A DNA stretch of 64,000 nucleotides from an uncultured delta proteobacterium (GCA_963779885.1 CAWAAN010000024.1:11776-75775); one strand, 5' to 3'; counted from the first letter of the stretch, positions 1 to 8,588 are shown. A program made the numbers and translations. The notes: generated by a model from the letters alone, not told the origin.

Positions 1-45
1 ATCCAGGAATTGCTGTCTCAAGTCGATGGTGAGGAATCCCTTTGA
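1..45 (+). CDS. 3' end of a putative antitoxin (VapB-like), truncated by the window edge
   Basis: Frame 1 is open from the window start and ends at TGA 43-45. This overlaps the TTG start (42-44) of the PIN toxin by 4 nt, typical toxin-antitoxin coupling. Only 14 codons are visible. Confidence 0.25.
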   Translation: MQELLSQVDGEESL

Positions 46-473
46 TTCTCGTTGATGCCAACATTCTACTGTACGCGGAGGACTCCCTGTCTGCGCTTCA
101 CCATCCGGCTCGCGAGTGGTGGGATGATCGGCTCTCCCATGACGAACCTGTTTGTTTGTGCTGGACGGTTTTGTCTGCCTTCATTCGGATCGGGACCAAT
201 CCGCGGGTTTTCGAGAACCCTCTCTCCCTTGAACAGGCCTGTTCCCGGATACAAAGCTGGCTTGAGCAGCCGTGCACGAGAATCATTCGTCCGACCGAGC
301 ACCATTGGCCGGTTTTCCAGCAGATGCTCATCGGTGGGCAGGCTGTCGCCAATTTGGTTACAGATGCCCATTTGGCAGCCCTGGCCATAGAACACGGCTG
401 TACGCTATCTTCAACGGATTCTGATTTTTCCCGTTTTCCCAAGCTCAAGTGGATCAATCCGCTTTCCAAGTAA
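42..473 (+). CDS. vapC: PIN-domain ribonuclease toxin, VapC family
   Basis: 143 aa. The N-terminal ILVDANILLYA motif and C-terminal DAHLAALA...STDSDF are typical PIN acidic-residue motifs. The start overlaps the upstream ORF stop. Confidence 0.8.
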   Translation: MILVDANILLYAEDSLSALHHPAREWWDDRLSHDEPVCLCWTVLSAFIRIGTNPRVFENPLSLEQACSRIQSWLEQPCTRIIRPTEHHWPVFQQMLIGGQAVANLVTDAHLAALAIEHGCTLSSTDSDFSRFPKLKWINPLSK

Positions 474-626
474 CATCTACAGCGGTAAAATAATCCATAT
501 CAACAGTCATCAGAGCCCTTTTCGGCTGCAGAAAGAGCATTTCCGTCAAGACCGGATAGGCTTCGATATTACCGCTAAACATCCAAACATAGTAGCGACT
601 TTAAACGTCGCGGGCAGGCATGCGCT

Positions 627-1460
627 GTGAAAAATATTACCGATACCGTCAAGGCCACTTACGGCACGGGCCGCCTGGCCGAGCGGCTGCTCGAAAGCCT
701 GCGTGCGGCCGGCTATGACCTCGACCGGCTGACCCCCGCCGACCTGATGACCTTCGATGAACTGCATGTCATGGGCCGCCAGGCCACCGTGGCCCTCGGG
801 CGCCTGGCCGGACTCACCGCCGACATGCGCGTTCTGGACATCGGCTGCGGCCTGGGCGGATCGGCTCGCACCCTGGCCACTGAATTCGGCTGCCATGTGA
901 CCGGCGTCGATCTGTCGGAAGAGTTCGTCGACGCGGCGCGCGTTTTGAGCGAACGGGTGGGGTTGGCGGAAAAGGTCGCCTTCCGGCACGGCGACGCCTT
1001 GCACCTACCGTTCGATCACAACCGGTTCGATGCGGCTTTCATGATCCATGTCAACATGAACATCGCCGACAAAAACCGCCTGTTCGCGGAGGCCGCCCGC
1101 GTTTTAAAAGATGGCGCAAAACTGGTGTTGTGGGAAATCTGCCGTATCGAAGGGTCCGATGTGACCTATCCGATGCCCTGGGCCAGGGAGGCGTCTTTCA
1201 GCTTCCTGGTCGGCCTGCCAGACATGACCGCCCTGATTGAAAAGGCCGGTTTCGATAGGGTTCACATCGAAGATGCCACGGCCGAGGCCGCTGATTGGGT
1301 GCGCGCCCGCCTGGAGCCGCCAAAGAAAAATCGGCCCCGGTTGCCGCGCCCGGACCTCGATCTGGTGCTGGATGATTTCCGCTCGAAACGTGCCAATCTT
1401 TCAAAAAACCTGCTGCAAGGCGCCATCGCCGTGCTGCGTGCCCTCGCCGTCAAGGGGTAG
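627..1460 (+). CDS. class I SAM-dependent methyltransferase
   Basis: 277 aa with the motif I sequence VLDIGCGLGGSARTLA. Acidic residue after beta-2 (GVDLSEE) and motif-IV-like FDAAFMIHV. Confidence 0.8.
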   Translation: MKNITDTVKATYGTGRLAERLLESLRAAGYDLDRLTPADLMTFDELHVMGRQATVALGRLAGLTADMRVLDIGCGLGGSARTLATEFGCHVTGVDLSEEFVDAARVLSERVGLAEKVAFRHGDALHLPFDHNRFDAAFMIHVNMNIADKNRLFAEAARVLKDGAKLVLWEICRIEGSDVTYPMPWAREASFSFLVGLPDMTALIEKAGFDRVHIEDATAEAADWVRARLEPPKKNRPRLPRPDLDLVLDDFRSKRANLSKNLLQGAIAVLRALAVKG

Positions 1461-1507
1461 TGGAGAACCGAGAGCCGGCCGCGCATAATCGAGTGGGGAT
1501 CGGGCCA

Positions 1508-1956
1508 CTCAATTCATTGGTATTCATGATATCTCGTTCACGAGCACAGGCACGAGTACGTTCACGTGCACGGAAAAGAGGCGACTTCGTTAGGCTGAAA
1601 CACAATGGGCCATATTTGCACTCTCCAAAAAGCGATATCTTCTTTGTTAACCGTGAACGTGAACGTGAACGTACTCGTGAACGAAAAATTAAATGACCAA
1701 GGTCTACGAAATCCACTTGACTGTATTCAATGGAATTCATAAACACCTGTGTCGAAGTACCTCTGTACCCTTTAGTAATGGTCTAAAGAACTTCGTTCAC
1801 GAGCACGTGCACGTGTACGTTTACGTGCACAAAAAAGAGACGACTCCTTTGTTACCGTGAACGTGCTCGTGAACGTGAACGTACTCGTGAACGAAAATTA
1901 AATGACCGAGGTTTCCGAAAGCCACACGTCTGCATTCATTGGGATTCATTTAACTC
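1508..1956 (+). repeat. two tandem copies of a ~245-nt composite element (linker plus long hairpin with 6-nt-phased CGT/ACG arms)
   Basis: Arm arrays lie at 1535-1573, 1651-1683, 1794-1830 and 1855-1893, for example CGTGAA CGTGAA CGTGAA CGTACT CGTGAA. A conserved loop spans 1574-1650. The conserved linker AAATTAAATGACC...ATTCAnTGGnATTCAT is repeated at 1684-1764 and 1894-1956. It is homologous, as reverse complement, to 15925-16400. Confidence 0.85.
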
Positions 1957-2271
1957 AGTGCCGAAAGCACGCTCGATTTCGTTTTCCATCGCCAGCGCGT
2001 ACCAGCGGGTGGCCGCGGGGAAACGGCGCAGCTGCAGGCAGGCCAAAAACGCCAGGCGGGCCGCGGCGGGAGAATTTTTCAGGTGCCAGGATATCTCGGC
2101 TTTCTGCAACGCGCGGTGGCCGTCTTGTTGTTTCAGGTCCTGCGTGGCGTTCCTCAGGGCCAGGTCCGCGCTCCGGCGGATGTGAAACAGCGCGGTCAGA
2201 TCGGCGCCGCAGCGGTTGCAGTGCGTTTCCGCGGCATTGACCCGGTTGCAGGCCGGACAGGTAATTTCCAC
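1936..2271 (-). CDS. small zinc-ribbon protein (CPAC...CNRC), last gene of the Hsp70 operon
   Basis: GTG start at 2271 lies 10 nt downstream of GGAGG. The N-terminus reads M-EITCPACNRVNAAETHCNRCGADL. The longer listed ORF (to 2490) overlaps the Hsp70 gene out of frame. Confidence 0.55.
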   Translation of the reverse strand: MEITCPACNRVNAAETHCNRCGADLTALFHIRRSADLALRNATQDLKQQDGHRALQKAEISWHLKNSPAAARLAFLACLQLRRFPAATRWYALAMENEIERAFGTELNESQ

Positions 2272-2278
2272 GGCCGGA

Positions 2279-4018
2279 TCAATCCTCCAAATAAAACAGC
2301 ATGTCGGAAAGCGATTCATTGAGTTCCGCCAGCCGCTGAATGCGTCCGTCGGCGATGGCCTTCTGACTCTCGGCCAGCAATGCGCGCAGCTCGGAGGCAT
2401 CGGTTTCATCGATATCCTCCAGCAGCGCCGTGGATCTTTTACGAAGGTCCTTGGCCGTGGCGACGAGCAACTCCCTGTCATCAACGCCATCTGCCGCCGG
2501 CGCGGCCCCCGCGGCTCCGCCTTCGGCCTGGACCCAGTCGCCCAGGTGCTCTCTGGCCTGCTTGAGATCGAACACCGCCGCTCCCTCGCCGGCTTTCATG
2601 GTCACGGTCTTGGACAGGCCCGTACGCTTTTCGACGGCGGTGACCTCGAGCACGCCGTTCAAGTCCAAGGCCAGAGTCAAAACGATTTCGTTGCCGGCGG
2701 GAACGTTGCTCAGACCCTCGACGAGAAAATTGCCAATAAAAATATTGTCGTCGGCCAGGGGCGCCTCGCCCTGGAAGATGCGGACATCGACGGCTTTCTG
2801 CCCGTCGAACATCGTTGAAAACCGTTCGCCTTTTCTGGCCGGCAGCGTGGTGCCGCGGCGAATCATCGGCACGAACACGCCGTCCCGAAACTCGCCCTCA
2901 AAAAGGCCCACGGCGCCCGTACCGAAGGTGTAGGGGGTGATGTCCACCAGGATGCTGTGCGTCTTCTGCCCTTGAACGGCCGCGGCCTGGATGGCGGCAC
3001 CCATGGCGACGATGAGGTCGGGATGGATCTCGTGCCGGGGCTCGATATTGATCTGCTGGCGGACGATTTCGGCCACCAGCGGGGTCCGGGAGGCCCCGCC
3101 CACCAGAATTACCTTGTCCAGCGCGCCGGGCAGCATCAGGGCGTCCTTGAAGCAGCGGTGCACGGAATCCATGGTATTGCGCAGCAGGGGCCGGATCATC
3201 TCCTCGTATTCCGAGCGCTCGATTTCCACGTCCAGATGCAGGTCGCCAATCAGGTATTCTTCGCGAATCCGCGTGTACGGAACATCCGAGAGTTCGCACT
3301 TGGCTTTTTCGACGGCGGCCCACAGGCGGTTCCTGGCTTTGATATCATCCAGCGGATGGACGCCGTGCCGCTCAAAAAAAATTTTATCGACATGCGCCAT
3401 CAGCAGGTGATCGAAATCGTCGCCGCCAAGGTGCGTATCGCCATGGCTGGCCTTGACCTCCACCACCCCTTTTTGAGCCACCACCAGCGAGGCATCGAAG
3501 GTGCCGCCGCCCAGATCGTAGACCAGCACGGTGCGATCGCTGCTCTGGTCGGCATCGTAGGCCAGGGCCGCCGCGGTCGGCTCGTTGATGATGCGCCGGA
3601 CTTCCAGGCCGGCCAGCTTGCCGGCATTCTGGGTCGCCTTGCGCTGGGCGTCGTCGAAATAGGCCGGCACGGTGATGACCGCCTCCGCCACCGGTTCGCC
3701 CAGATGCGCCTCCGCGGCCGCCTTGAGCTTGGCCAGGATCAGCGCGGCAATCTCCTCGGGGCTGAAGAACCGCTCGCCCATGACGACCTTTTCAGCCTGC
3801 CCCATTTTGCGCTTGATCGACAGGATCGTCGCCTCGGGCGCGGCCGCCATCTGATTGCGGGCGGCCCGGCCCACGAGCAGCTCGCCGCGGCCGTCCAGCC
3901 CCACGCAAGAGGGCATGATCGGTTCGCCGTCAACCGGGATGATTTCCGGCCGGCCGTCCCTGATGACGGCGACTTCCGAATTGGTCGTGCCCAGATCGAT
4001 CCCTATGATAGCGCCCAT
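2279..4018 (-). CDS. atypical Hsp70 family ATPase (DnaK paralogue with short C-terminal lid, no EEVD)
   Basis: Contains IGIDLGTTNS, DLGGGTFD, ILVGGASRTP and NEPTAAALAY motifs. ATG at 4018 is preceded by AAGGAGG and overlaps the GrpE-like stop (TGATG). Confidence 0.9.
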   Translation of the reverse strand: MGAIIGIDLGTTNSEVAVIRDGRPEIIPVDGEPIMPSCVGLDGRGELLVGRAARNQMAAAPEATILSIKRKMGQAEKVVMGERFFSPEEIAALILAKLKAAAEAHLGEPVAEAVITVPAYFDDAQRKATQNAGKLAGLEVRRIINEPTAAALAYDADQSSDRTVLVYDLGGGTFDASLVVAQKGVVEVKASHGDTHLGGDDFDHLLMAHVDKIFFERHGVHPLDDIKARNRLWAAVEKAKCELSDVPYTRIREEYLIGDLHLDVEIERSEYEEMIRPLLRNTMDSVHRCFKDALMLPGALDKVILVGGASRTPLVAEIVRQQINIEPRHEIHPDLIVAMGAAIQAAAVQGQKTHSILVDITPYTFGTGAVGLFEGEFRDGVFVPMIRRGTTLPARKGERFSTMFDGQKAVDVRIFQGEAPLADDNIFIGNFLVEGLSNVPAGNEIVLTLALDLNGVLEVTAVEKRTGLSKTVTMKAGEGAAVFDLKQAREHLGDWVQAEGGAAGAAPAADGVDDRELLVATAKDLRKRSTALLEDIDETDASELRALLAESQKAIADGRIQRLAELNESLSDMLFYLED

Positions 4019-4683
4019 CAATTGCCTCCTTTGCGCGTCGCGACTTTGACCTCGGCGAACTTCAACACATCGCCCTTGTAAAAATACCCGGCGGCCAATT
4101 CCTCGATGACCGTGTTGTGCTCAAAGGCCTCGCTCGGCTCGACCGCGACGGCTTTCATGGTCGCCGGATCGAAGCGATTGCCGACCGTTTCCATGGGCAC
4201 GATGCCCTCCTTGCGCAGCAGCTGCTCGAAATGCTCCCGCAGCAGGTCGAATCCCTGCCGCACCGACGACCAGGCCGCGGCCCAGGTGCGGCGCGCGGAC
4301 AGCAGCCCGGGGGCAGGGGGGTGTCCGAGCCTGTCTTCGAGCCGGTTCAACCGCTCCAGCATTTCCGCGAAGGGCGCTAAAAATTCCCGGCGCTCGGCCA
4401 GCTCCAGCCGCCCGCGCTGCTGCCGCTCCTCGACCAGGCGCTCGCCCAGCGACTGCAGCATGGCTTCGAATCCCGTCAGGGTTTCCCCGAAGCGCACAAA
4501 CGTCTCGTGGCTGCGCCGCGTGCTCTTGTGCACATCGGCGCACAAACCGCAAAGCGCTTCGTAAAATGAATACAGATCCGGCGAGCCCTCCGGCGGCAGC
4601 TCTTCGTCCGCGGCCTCTTGCCCGTCCAGCCATTCCATCCACTCCCGGCATCGCTCGGCCGCTTCCTCTTTCCAGTCTTCCAA
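4018..4683 (-). CDS. GrpE-domain nucleotide exchange factor paralogue
   Basis: 221 aa. The C-terminal GNRFDPATMKAVAVEPS...VIEELAAGYFYKGDVLKFAEVKV matches the GrpE beta-domain signature. It is translationally coupled to the Hsp70 gene. Confidence 0.8.
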   Translation of the reverse strand: MEDWKEEAAERCREWMEWLDGQEAADEELPPEGSPDLYSFYEALCGLCADVHKSTRRSHETFVRFGETLTGFEAMLQSLGERLVEERQQRGRLELAERREFLAPFAEMLERLNRLEDRLGHPPAPGLLSARRTWAAAWSSVRQGFDLLREHFEQLLRKEGIVPMETVGNRFDPATMKAVAVEPSEAFEHNTVIEELAAGYFYKGDVLKFAEVKVATRKGGN

Positions 4684-4825
4684 TGACGCTCCTGTTTATC
4701 AAATTGTGGCTAAAGTGCGTTTATGCGTCACCCGGGCTATCATTTTGTGATGGCTGCCAAATGGGAGTTTCACCCCTGAGTCGCTCGGTCTTCTTGAGTT
4801 TTCGTCCCCTCTGCGGACGCTGATG

Positions 4826-5131
4826 TCACCGCACGGCACATCGGCGCAAAAATGCCTTCAGGGTATCGAAATCGGGGGGTGTGCGCCGGTCGCTCCAGTC
4901 GAAGTGGGCGGTCACCGCGTCCAGGGGCGAGGCCGCCCCGGGTGTTTTTTCGAACAGCAGGTACTGTAGCCGGCTGTCCTCGTTTTTAAGCGACTGGTAA
5001 GCCTCGCTGATAGCGGTGAAGCGCTCCGGAAACCGTTCCGGCGGAAAACGCTTGATGGCCTCCAGGTAAGCGGTTCGGACGGTTTCATCGGTGGCGTCGG
5101 TATCTATTCCCAACCGGTCGTAGGGATTCAT
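4826..5131 (-). CDS. J-like domain protein lacking the HPD tripeptide
   Basis: 101 aa. NPYDRLGIDTDATDETVRTAYLEAIKRFPPERFPERFTAISEAYQSLKNEDSRLQY follows J-domain helix I-III spacing. FPPE sits where YHPD is expected. Confidence 0.65.
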   Translation of the reverse strand: MNPYDRLGIDTDATDETVRTAYLEAIKRFPPERFPERFTAISEAYQSLKNEDSRLQYLLFEKTPGAASPLDAVTAHFDWSDRRTPPDFDTLKAFLRRCAVR

Positions 5132-5168
5132 GCGGCCTTCCTTTGTCGGTGCGATCAGCGCCTCGGCG

Positions 5169-7643
5169 TTAAAACAGGTTCTGTTGCCGCGGTCCGTTGG
5201 GGACCGACTTCTTTTTGTGCGGTTTTGGCTTTCTCTTTTGCTTTACCGGCGGCTCTGGGAAAAAAGGCAGAAAGTCATCATCTTGCGCCCCCATGTCATC
5301 CTCCTCGAAATCCTCATCCAGATCGAAGAAGGGGCTGCCATCGGTCCCGCCGGGATGAGTGAACTTATTAATTTCATGCAGCAGTTTTTGCACCGCCAGG
5401 ATCACCGTCGCTTCATTTTGTTCGCGGGCCAGCCGTAAAATTGTTTCCAGTTCCTGCACGTCGTCTTCGATCTTGCCGTATCCCGGTTCCGCCTGCTGGA
5501 GGGCGAGAAAGCGGTAATACCGGAAAAGCGCATCGTCGGGCGTTTGGTCCAGCCGGTGGCGAATATAGGCGGCGGCGATATTCGGGCGTTGGCACACCTC
5601 GGAGAGCAGAAAGCCCACCAGGGTGCCGGCCTGCTCTCGGGTCATTGGCGCCGGCGCATTGCCCGTCAGATACCTTTCCACCAGTCCGATCTTGTGCCGC
5701 AGCACCATGACTGCGCCCGGCAGCAGGCAGGCATACTGCAACGTGAGGATGCAGTCTATGGCCGCCTCGGCCGAAAATGTCCCCTTGAGGGTTTTTTCGA
5801 CGAATTTACGGTTGGCTTTGAGCAGTGACGATAACACGCCGTAGGCGCCGGCCATGATCCAGTAAAAGAAATGCAGTTTAAGCTCGCTGCCCTGTCGATT
5901 GGCTGTGGCCAGGTCCCAGAGCCGCCCGGCAAGGGCCTTGTCGTTTTGCAGGTGAGCCACCGCCGTCCAGCGCGCATACAGGTAGGCCGCGCCGCGGTTG
6001 AAATTGTCCGAATGCACGTCCGCCCACTCCAATGCACAGGGCAGCAGCGCCTGCGCTTTTTCCGGGTTGTTCTTGCGGACATATTGCAGCGCGGCCTCGA
6101 TGCAGGTCAAAATAAACTGTTCCCGCACCACCTTGTCCATGGGGTCCAGGGCCAGCGTGCGCTCGAGATACCCCATGGCCTTGACGAAGGCCTTGCGAGC
6201 GGAACAGCGGACGCCGGCTTTGAACAGGACTTCCTTTCGATCGGGAAACTGCAGAATCAATTTGTCCAGCAGCCGGTTGACGCCGGGAGTATCACCGATT
6301 TTTTCGAGAAACGCCACTTGGGCCACCTGCGACGGAAAGGCTTGCGGGTCGGCATCGATGCTCTTTTGATAACAATGGCCGGCCAGTTCGGTATTTCTCA
6401 GGCTCGGTTCATTGCGGCGCCGCCTGTCAAATAAAAACGAAAATGGATTGTCATCCTGCATTTCCTCGGAGAAAAGATCTCCCAAACGGCCATAAACAAG
6501 CGCGCGGGCGCGCGGGCTGTCGCCGCTGAGCGATTCGTAGAGGCCGAGGAATTTTTCCCACTGTTCCAGGACGAACTCATCGAACGCCATCTGCCCTTCG
6601 ATGAAAAGGGCCTGGGAGCGTTGGGCCCACATCCTTTCGGCGGGATTGACGGTTTTATCGGTGAAAGCCGAACGCAGGAGGTACTCGACATATTTCTGGG
6701 CCGTTTTGGACGGCATCTCGAAGCCGGCGTTGTAATACAGCTCGGTTAGGGTACGCTCCAATCCCCGGACGCATGTCGGAAACCCGTTCAGCGTGCTTTG
6801 CAGATGGGCGTGGGAATCCCTGTAGCGCTGCACCGTCCAGAGATAGTGCGCCCGCGCCAGATCCGAGGCCATTTGACCATAACCGGCTGCCATACACATG
6901 TCGGTCACCAGGTGCACGTCCTTGGCCTCGGCCGGCCGCCCGCAGTCCTTCTTGCGCAGCAGCCGCAGATACGGCGCAGCGGCGGCGCCCGGAACGGTGC
7001 CGGGAGCTGTTTTCCCGAAGGCGGCCACCGCTTTGTCGTCTTTCCGGCCGTAAAAAGCGCATAGCCCCTTGATGAGCCATTTCCATGAAACAAAGATCGA
7101 CCGGATACCGATGGGTTTTATTACGGCGAGGGCATCTTGAAAATTTGAACCGGACACACTTTTCAAGGCCGAGCGGACCCGCCCGAGATCACCGCGGAGC
7201 CCCTGTGGCAAGACGGTTTCCGCTGGCATCGGCTCGAATGCCAGAACCAGCGCATCCGCCGCCGCGCCTTCCTGACCGCGAAATCGATTTTCAGCGCTCA
7301 ACAATCTAGCGGCGGCCTCGGCGGCCTGATGGTAATTTTCACGTTTCAGGTTCAGGGCGATGTGCGCGCCCACGGCCGAATCACCGCTGAGATTCTCCAT
7401 CTGGTCGATGATCATGGCGGCTTCTTCGAGCAGGCCTTTTTCCAGCCGTTGCCGGTACAGCCCTTCGTAAGCCGTTATTAACGGAGATAAATAGCCGTCG
7501 TGATCGGTCTTTAAGAGCGCCTTGTATGCATCCACGGCCTGCCGAAACCGGCCCGCGGCCAGGTGCGCACCGGCCTTTTGCGGCAGGTCCGCGATCCGCA
7601 CCGGTTTTTTTCCGGTCCGGTTTTTCTTCCTCTTTTTTCCCAT
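5169..7643 (-). CDS. large alpha-helical, TPR-like repeat protein with lysine-rich termini
   Basis: About 824 aa counted from MGKKRKKNRTGKK (ATG at 7643). The C-terminus has an acidic patch EDFEEDDMGAQDDDFLPFF followed by KQKRKPKPHKKK. It is the first gene of the Hsp70 operon. The repeat class was not verified by profile search. Confidence 0.75.
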   Translation of the reverse strand: MGKKRKKNRTGKKPVRIADLPQKAGAHLAAGRFRQAVDAYKALLKTDHDGYLSPLITAYEGLYRQRLEKGLLEEAAMIIDQMENLSGDSAVGAHIALNLKRENYHQAAEAAARLLSAENRFRGQEGAAADALVLAFEPMPAETVLPQGLRGDLGRVRSALKSVSGSNFQDALAVIKPIGIRSIFVSWKWLIKGLCAFYGRKDDKAVAAFGKTAPGTVPGAAAAPYLRLLRKKDCGRPAEAKDVHLVTDMCMAAGYGQMASDLARAHYLWTVQRYRDSHAHLQSTLNGFPTCVRGLERTLTELYYNAGFEMPSKTAQKYVEYLLRSAFTDKTVNPAERMWAQRSQALFIEGQMAFDEFVLEQWEKFLGLYESLSGDSPRARALVYGRLGDLFSEEMQDDNPFSFLFDRRRRNEPSLRNTELAGHCYQKSIDADPQAFPSQVAQVAFLEKIGDTPGVNRLLDKLILQFPDRKEVLFKAGVRCSARKAFVKAMGYLERTLALDPMDKVVREQFILTCIEAALQYVRKNNPEKAQALLPCALEWADVHSDNFNRGAAYLYARWTAVAHLQNDKALAGRLWDLATANRQGSELKLHFFYWIMAGAYGVLSSLLKANRKFVEKTLKGTFSAEAAIDCILTLQYACLLPGAVMVLRHKIGLVERYLTGNAPAPMTREQAGTLVGFLLSEVCQRPNIAAAYIRHRLDQTPDDALFRYYRFLALQQAEPGYGKIEDDVQELETILRLAREQNEATVILAVQKLLHEINKFTHPGGTDGSPFFDLDEDFEEDDMGAQDDDFLPFFPEPPVKQKRKPKPHKKKSVPNGPRQQNLF

Positions 7644-7873
7644 TGTGGCCCCCTCATACCACATGTAGAGCTTTTATCAACCAAAAACCACAACATGATG
7701 AGAGATTTTGAGGGCAGGCGGCAATCACCCCCAGATATTATTCAGTGTTGCTCGCCAAACACGCCGCACTTGACGGCCGCACGGCATTTTTCAGCCTCAA
7801 AGAAAGACTTATCGGAATAAGCTGCGGAGTCAACTCGCCCAGCGAGAAATATGCGGACGGGCGAATCGAACAC

Positions 7874-8158
7874 TCAGGGGAAATAGACCAGCGCACTGCG
7901 GTAGCCCTCGTCCAGATCGTTCATCATTTTATCGAGGCGGCCGATCTCTTTTTCCCAGCCGGAGGCCTTATCCTTTTCGAGCTGTTTGACGAACAGCTCC
8001 AGCGTCTGAATGGTCTGTTTCAGCCCGGCCACCGTGTCCATGTACTTGGCCTGCACTTCGGGGTTGACCCCGCTGGACTTCTGCTGAAGCTCCTCGATCT
8101 TGGCTTTCCACCCCTTCAGTTGTTGTTTGAGGGCATCCATAGATTTTTCACTTGCCAT
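7874..8158 (-). CDS. small coiled-coil protein, function unknown
   Basis: 94 aa. AAAGGAGG lies 7 nt upstream of the ATG. The sequence has a heptad-like charged pattern. Confidence 0.6.
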   Translation of the reverse strand: MASEKSMDALKQQLKGWKAKIEELQQKSSGVNPEVQAKYMDTVAGLKQTIQTLELFVKQLEKDKASGWEKEIGRLDKMMNDLDEGYRSALVYFP

Positions 8159-8409
8159 GAGCGGTCCTCCTTTAAATGATGTATTGGTATCTTGGTCAAT
8201 ATTGTAAATTTTGACCGCATAATCAAGAAAAAGAAAAAGCAGCTACCACACGCCGCGCCTCCCGCCGCAACCGCCATAATGGGTTTTACCTGTTGTTATG
8301 ACCCGATTTGTTTGCGATTGCGCAAACCAACGCCGATGCTGATATTCCATTTAAGCAAACGAGGATCCGAACGGCCCTCGTGAACGCAATCAACCACAGG
8401 AGGTTTACC

Positions 8410-8547
8410 ATGGCAGAGAAAGTTCAAGATTACACTGAAAACGAGAAAGAAAAAGAGGGTCACGTCGACACCCGTCACAAGAATTTCGAATGCGAAGACA
8501 AGGACCCGAATCTGGGCTGCGACCCCGGCATCGATGTCGCCGGCTGA
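8410..8547 (+). CDS. possible 45-aa acidic peptide
   Basis: ATG at 8410 is preceded by AGGAGG. Translation is MAEKVQDYTENEKEKEGHVDTRHKNFECEDKDPNLGCDPGIDVAG. No family was recognised. Confidence 0.3.
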   Translation: MAEKVQDYTENEKEKEGHVDTRHKNFECEDKDPNLGCDPGIDVAG

Positions 8548-8588
8548 TATGACACCCTAAGTCATTTTTTAAAATTTTTCCTCCCCCC

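Noticed and set aside
1535-1893. The hexamer-phased arrays considered as a CRISPR array
   Set aside because: The period is 6 nt inside 33-39-nt arms that pair as inverted repeats. There are no 28-37-nt direct repeats separated by unique spacers, and no cas genes in the window.
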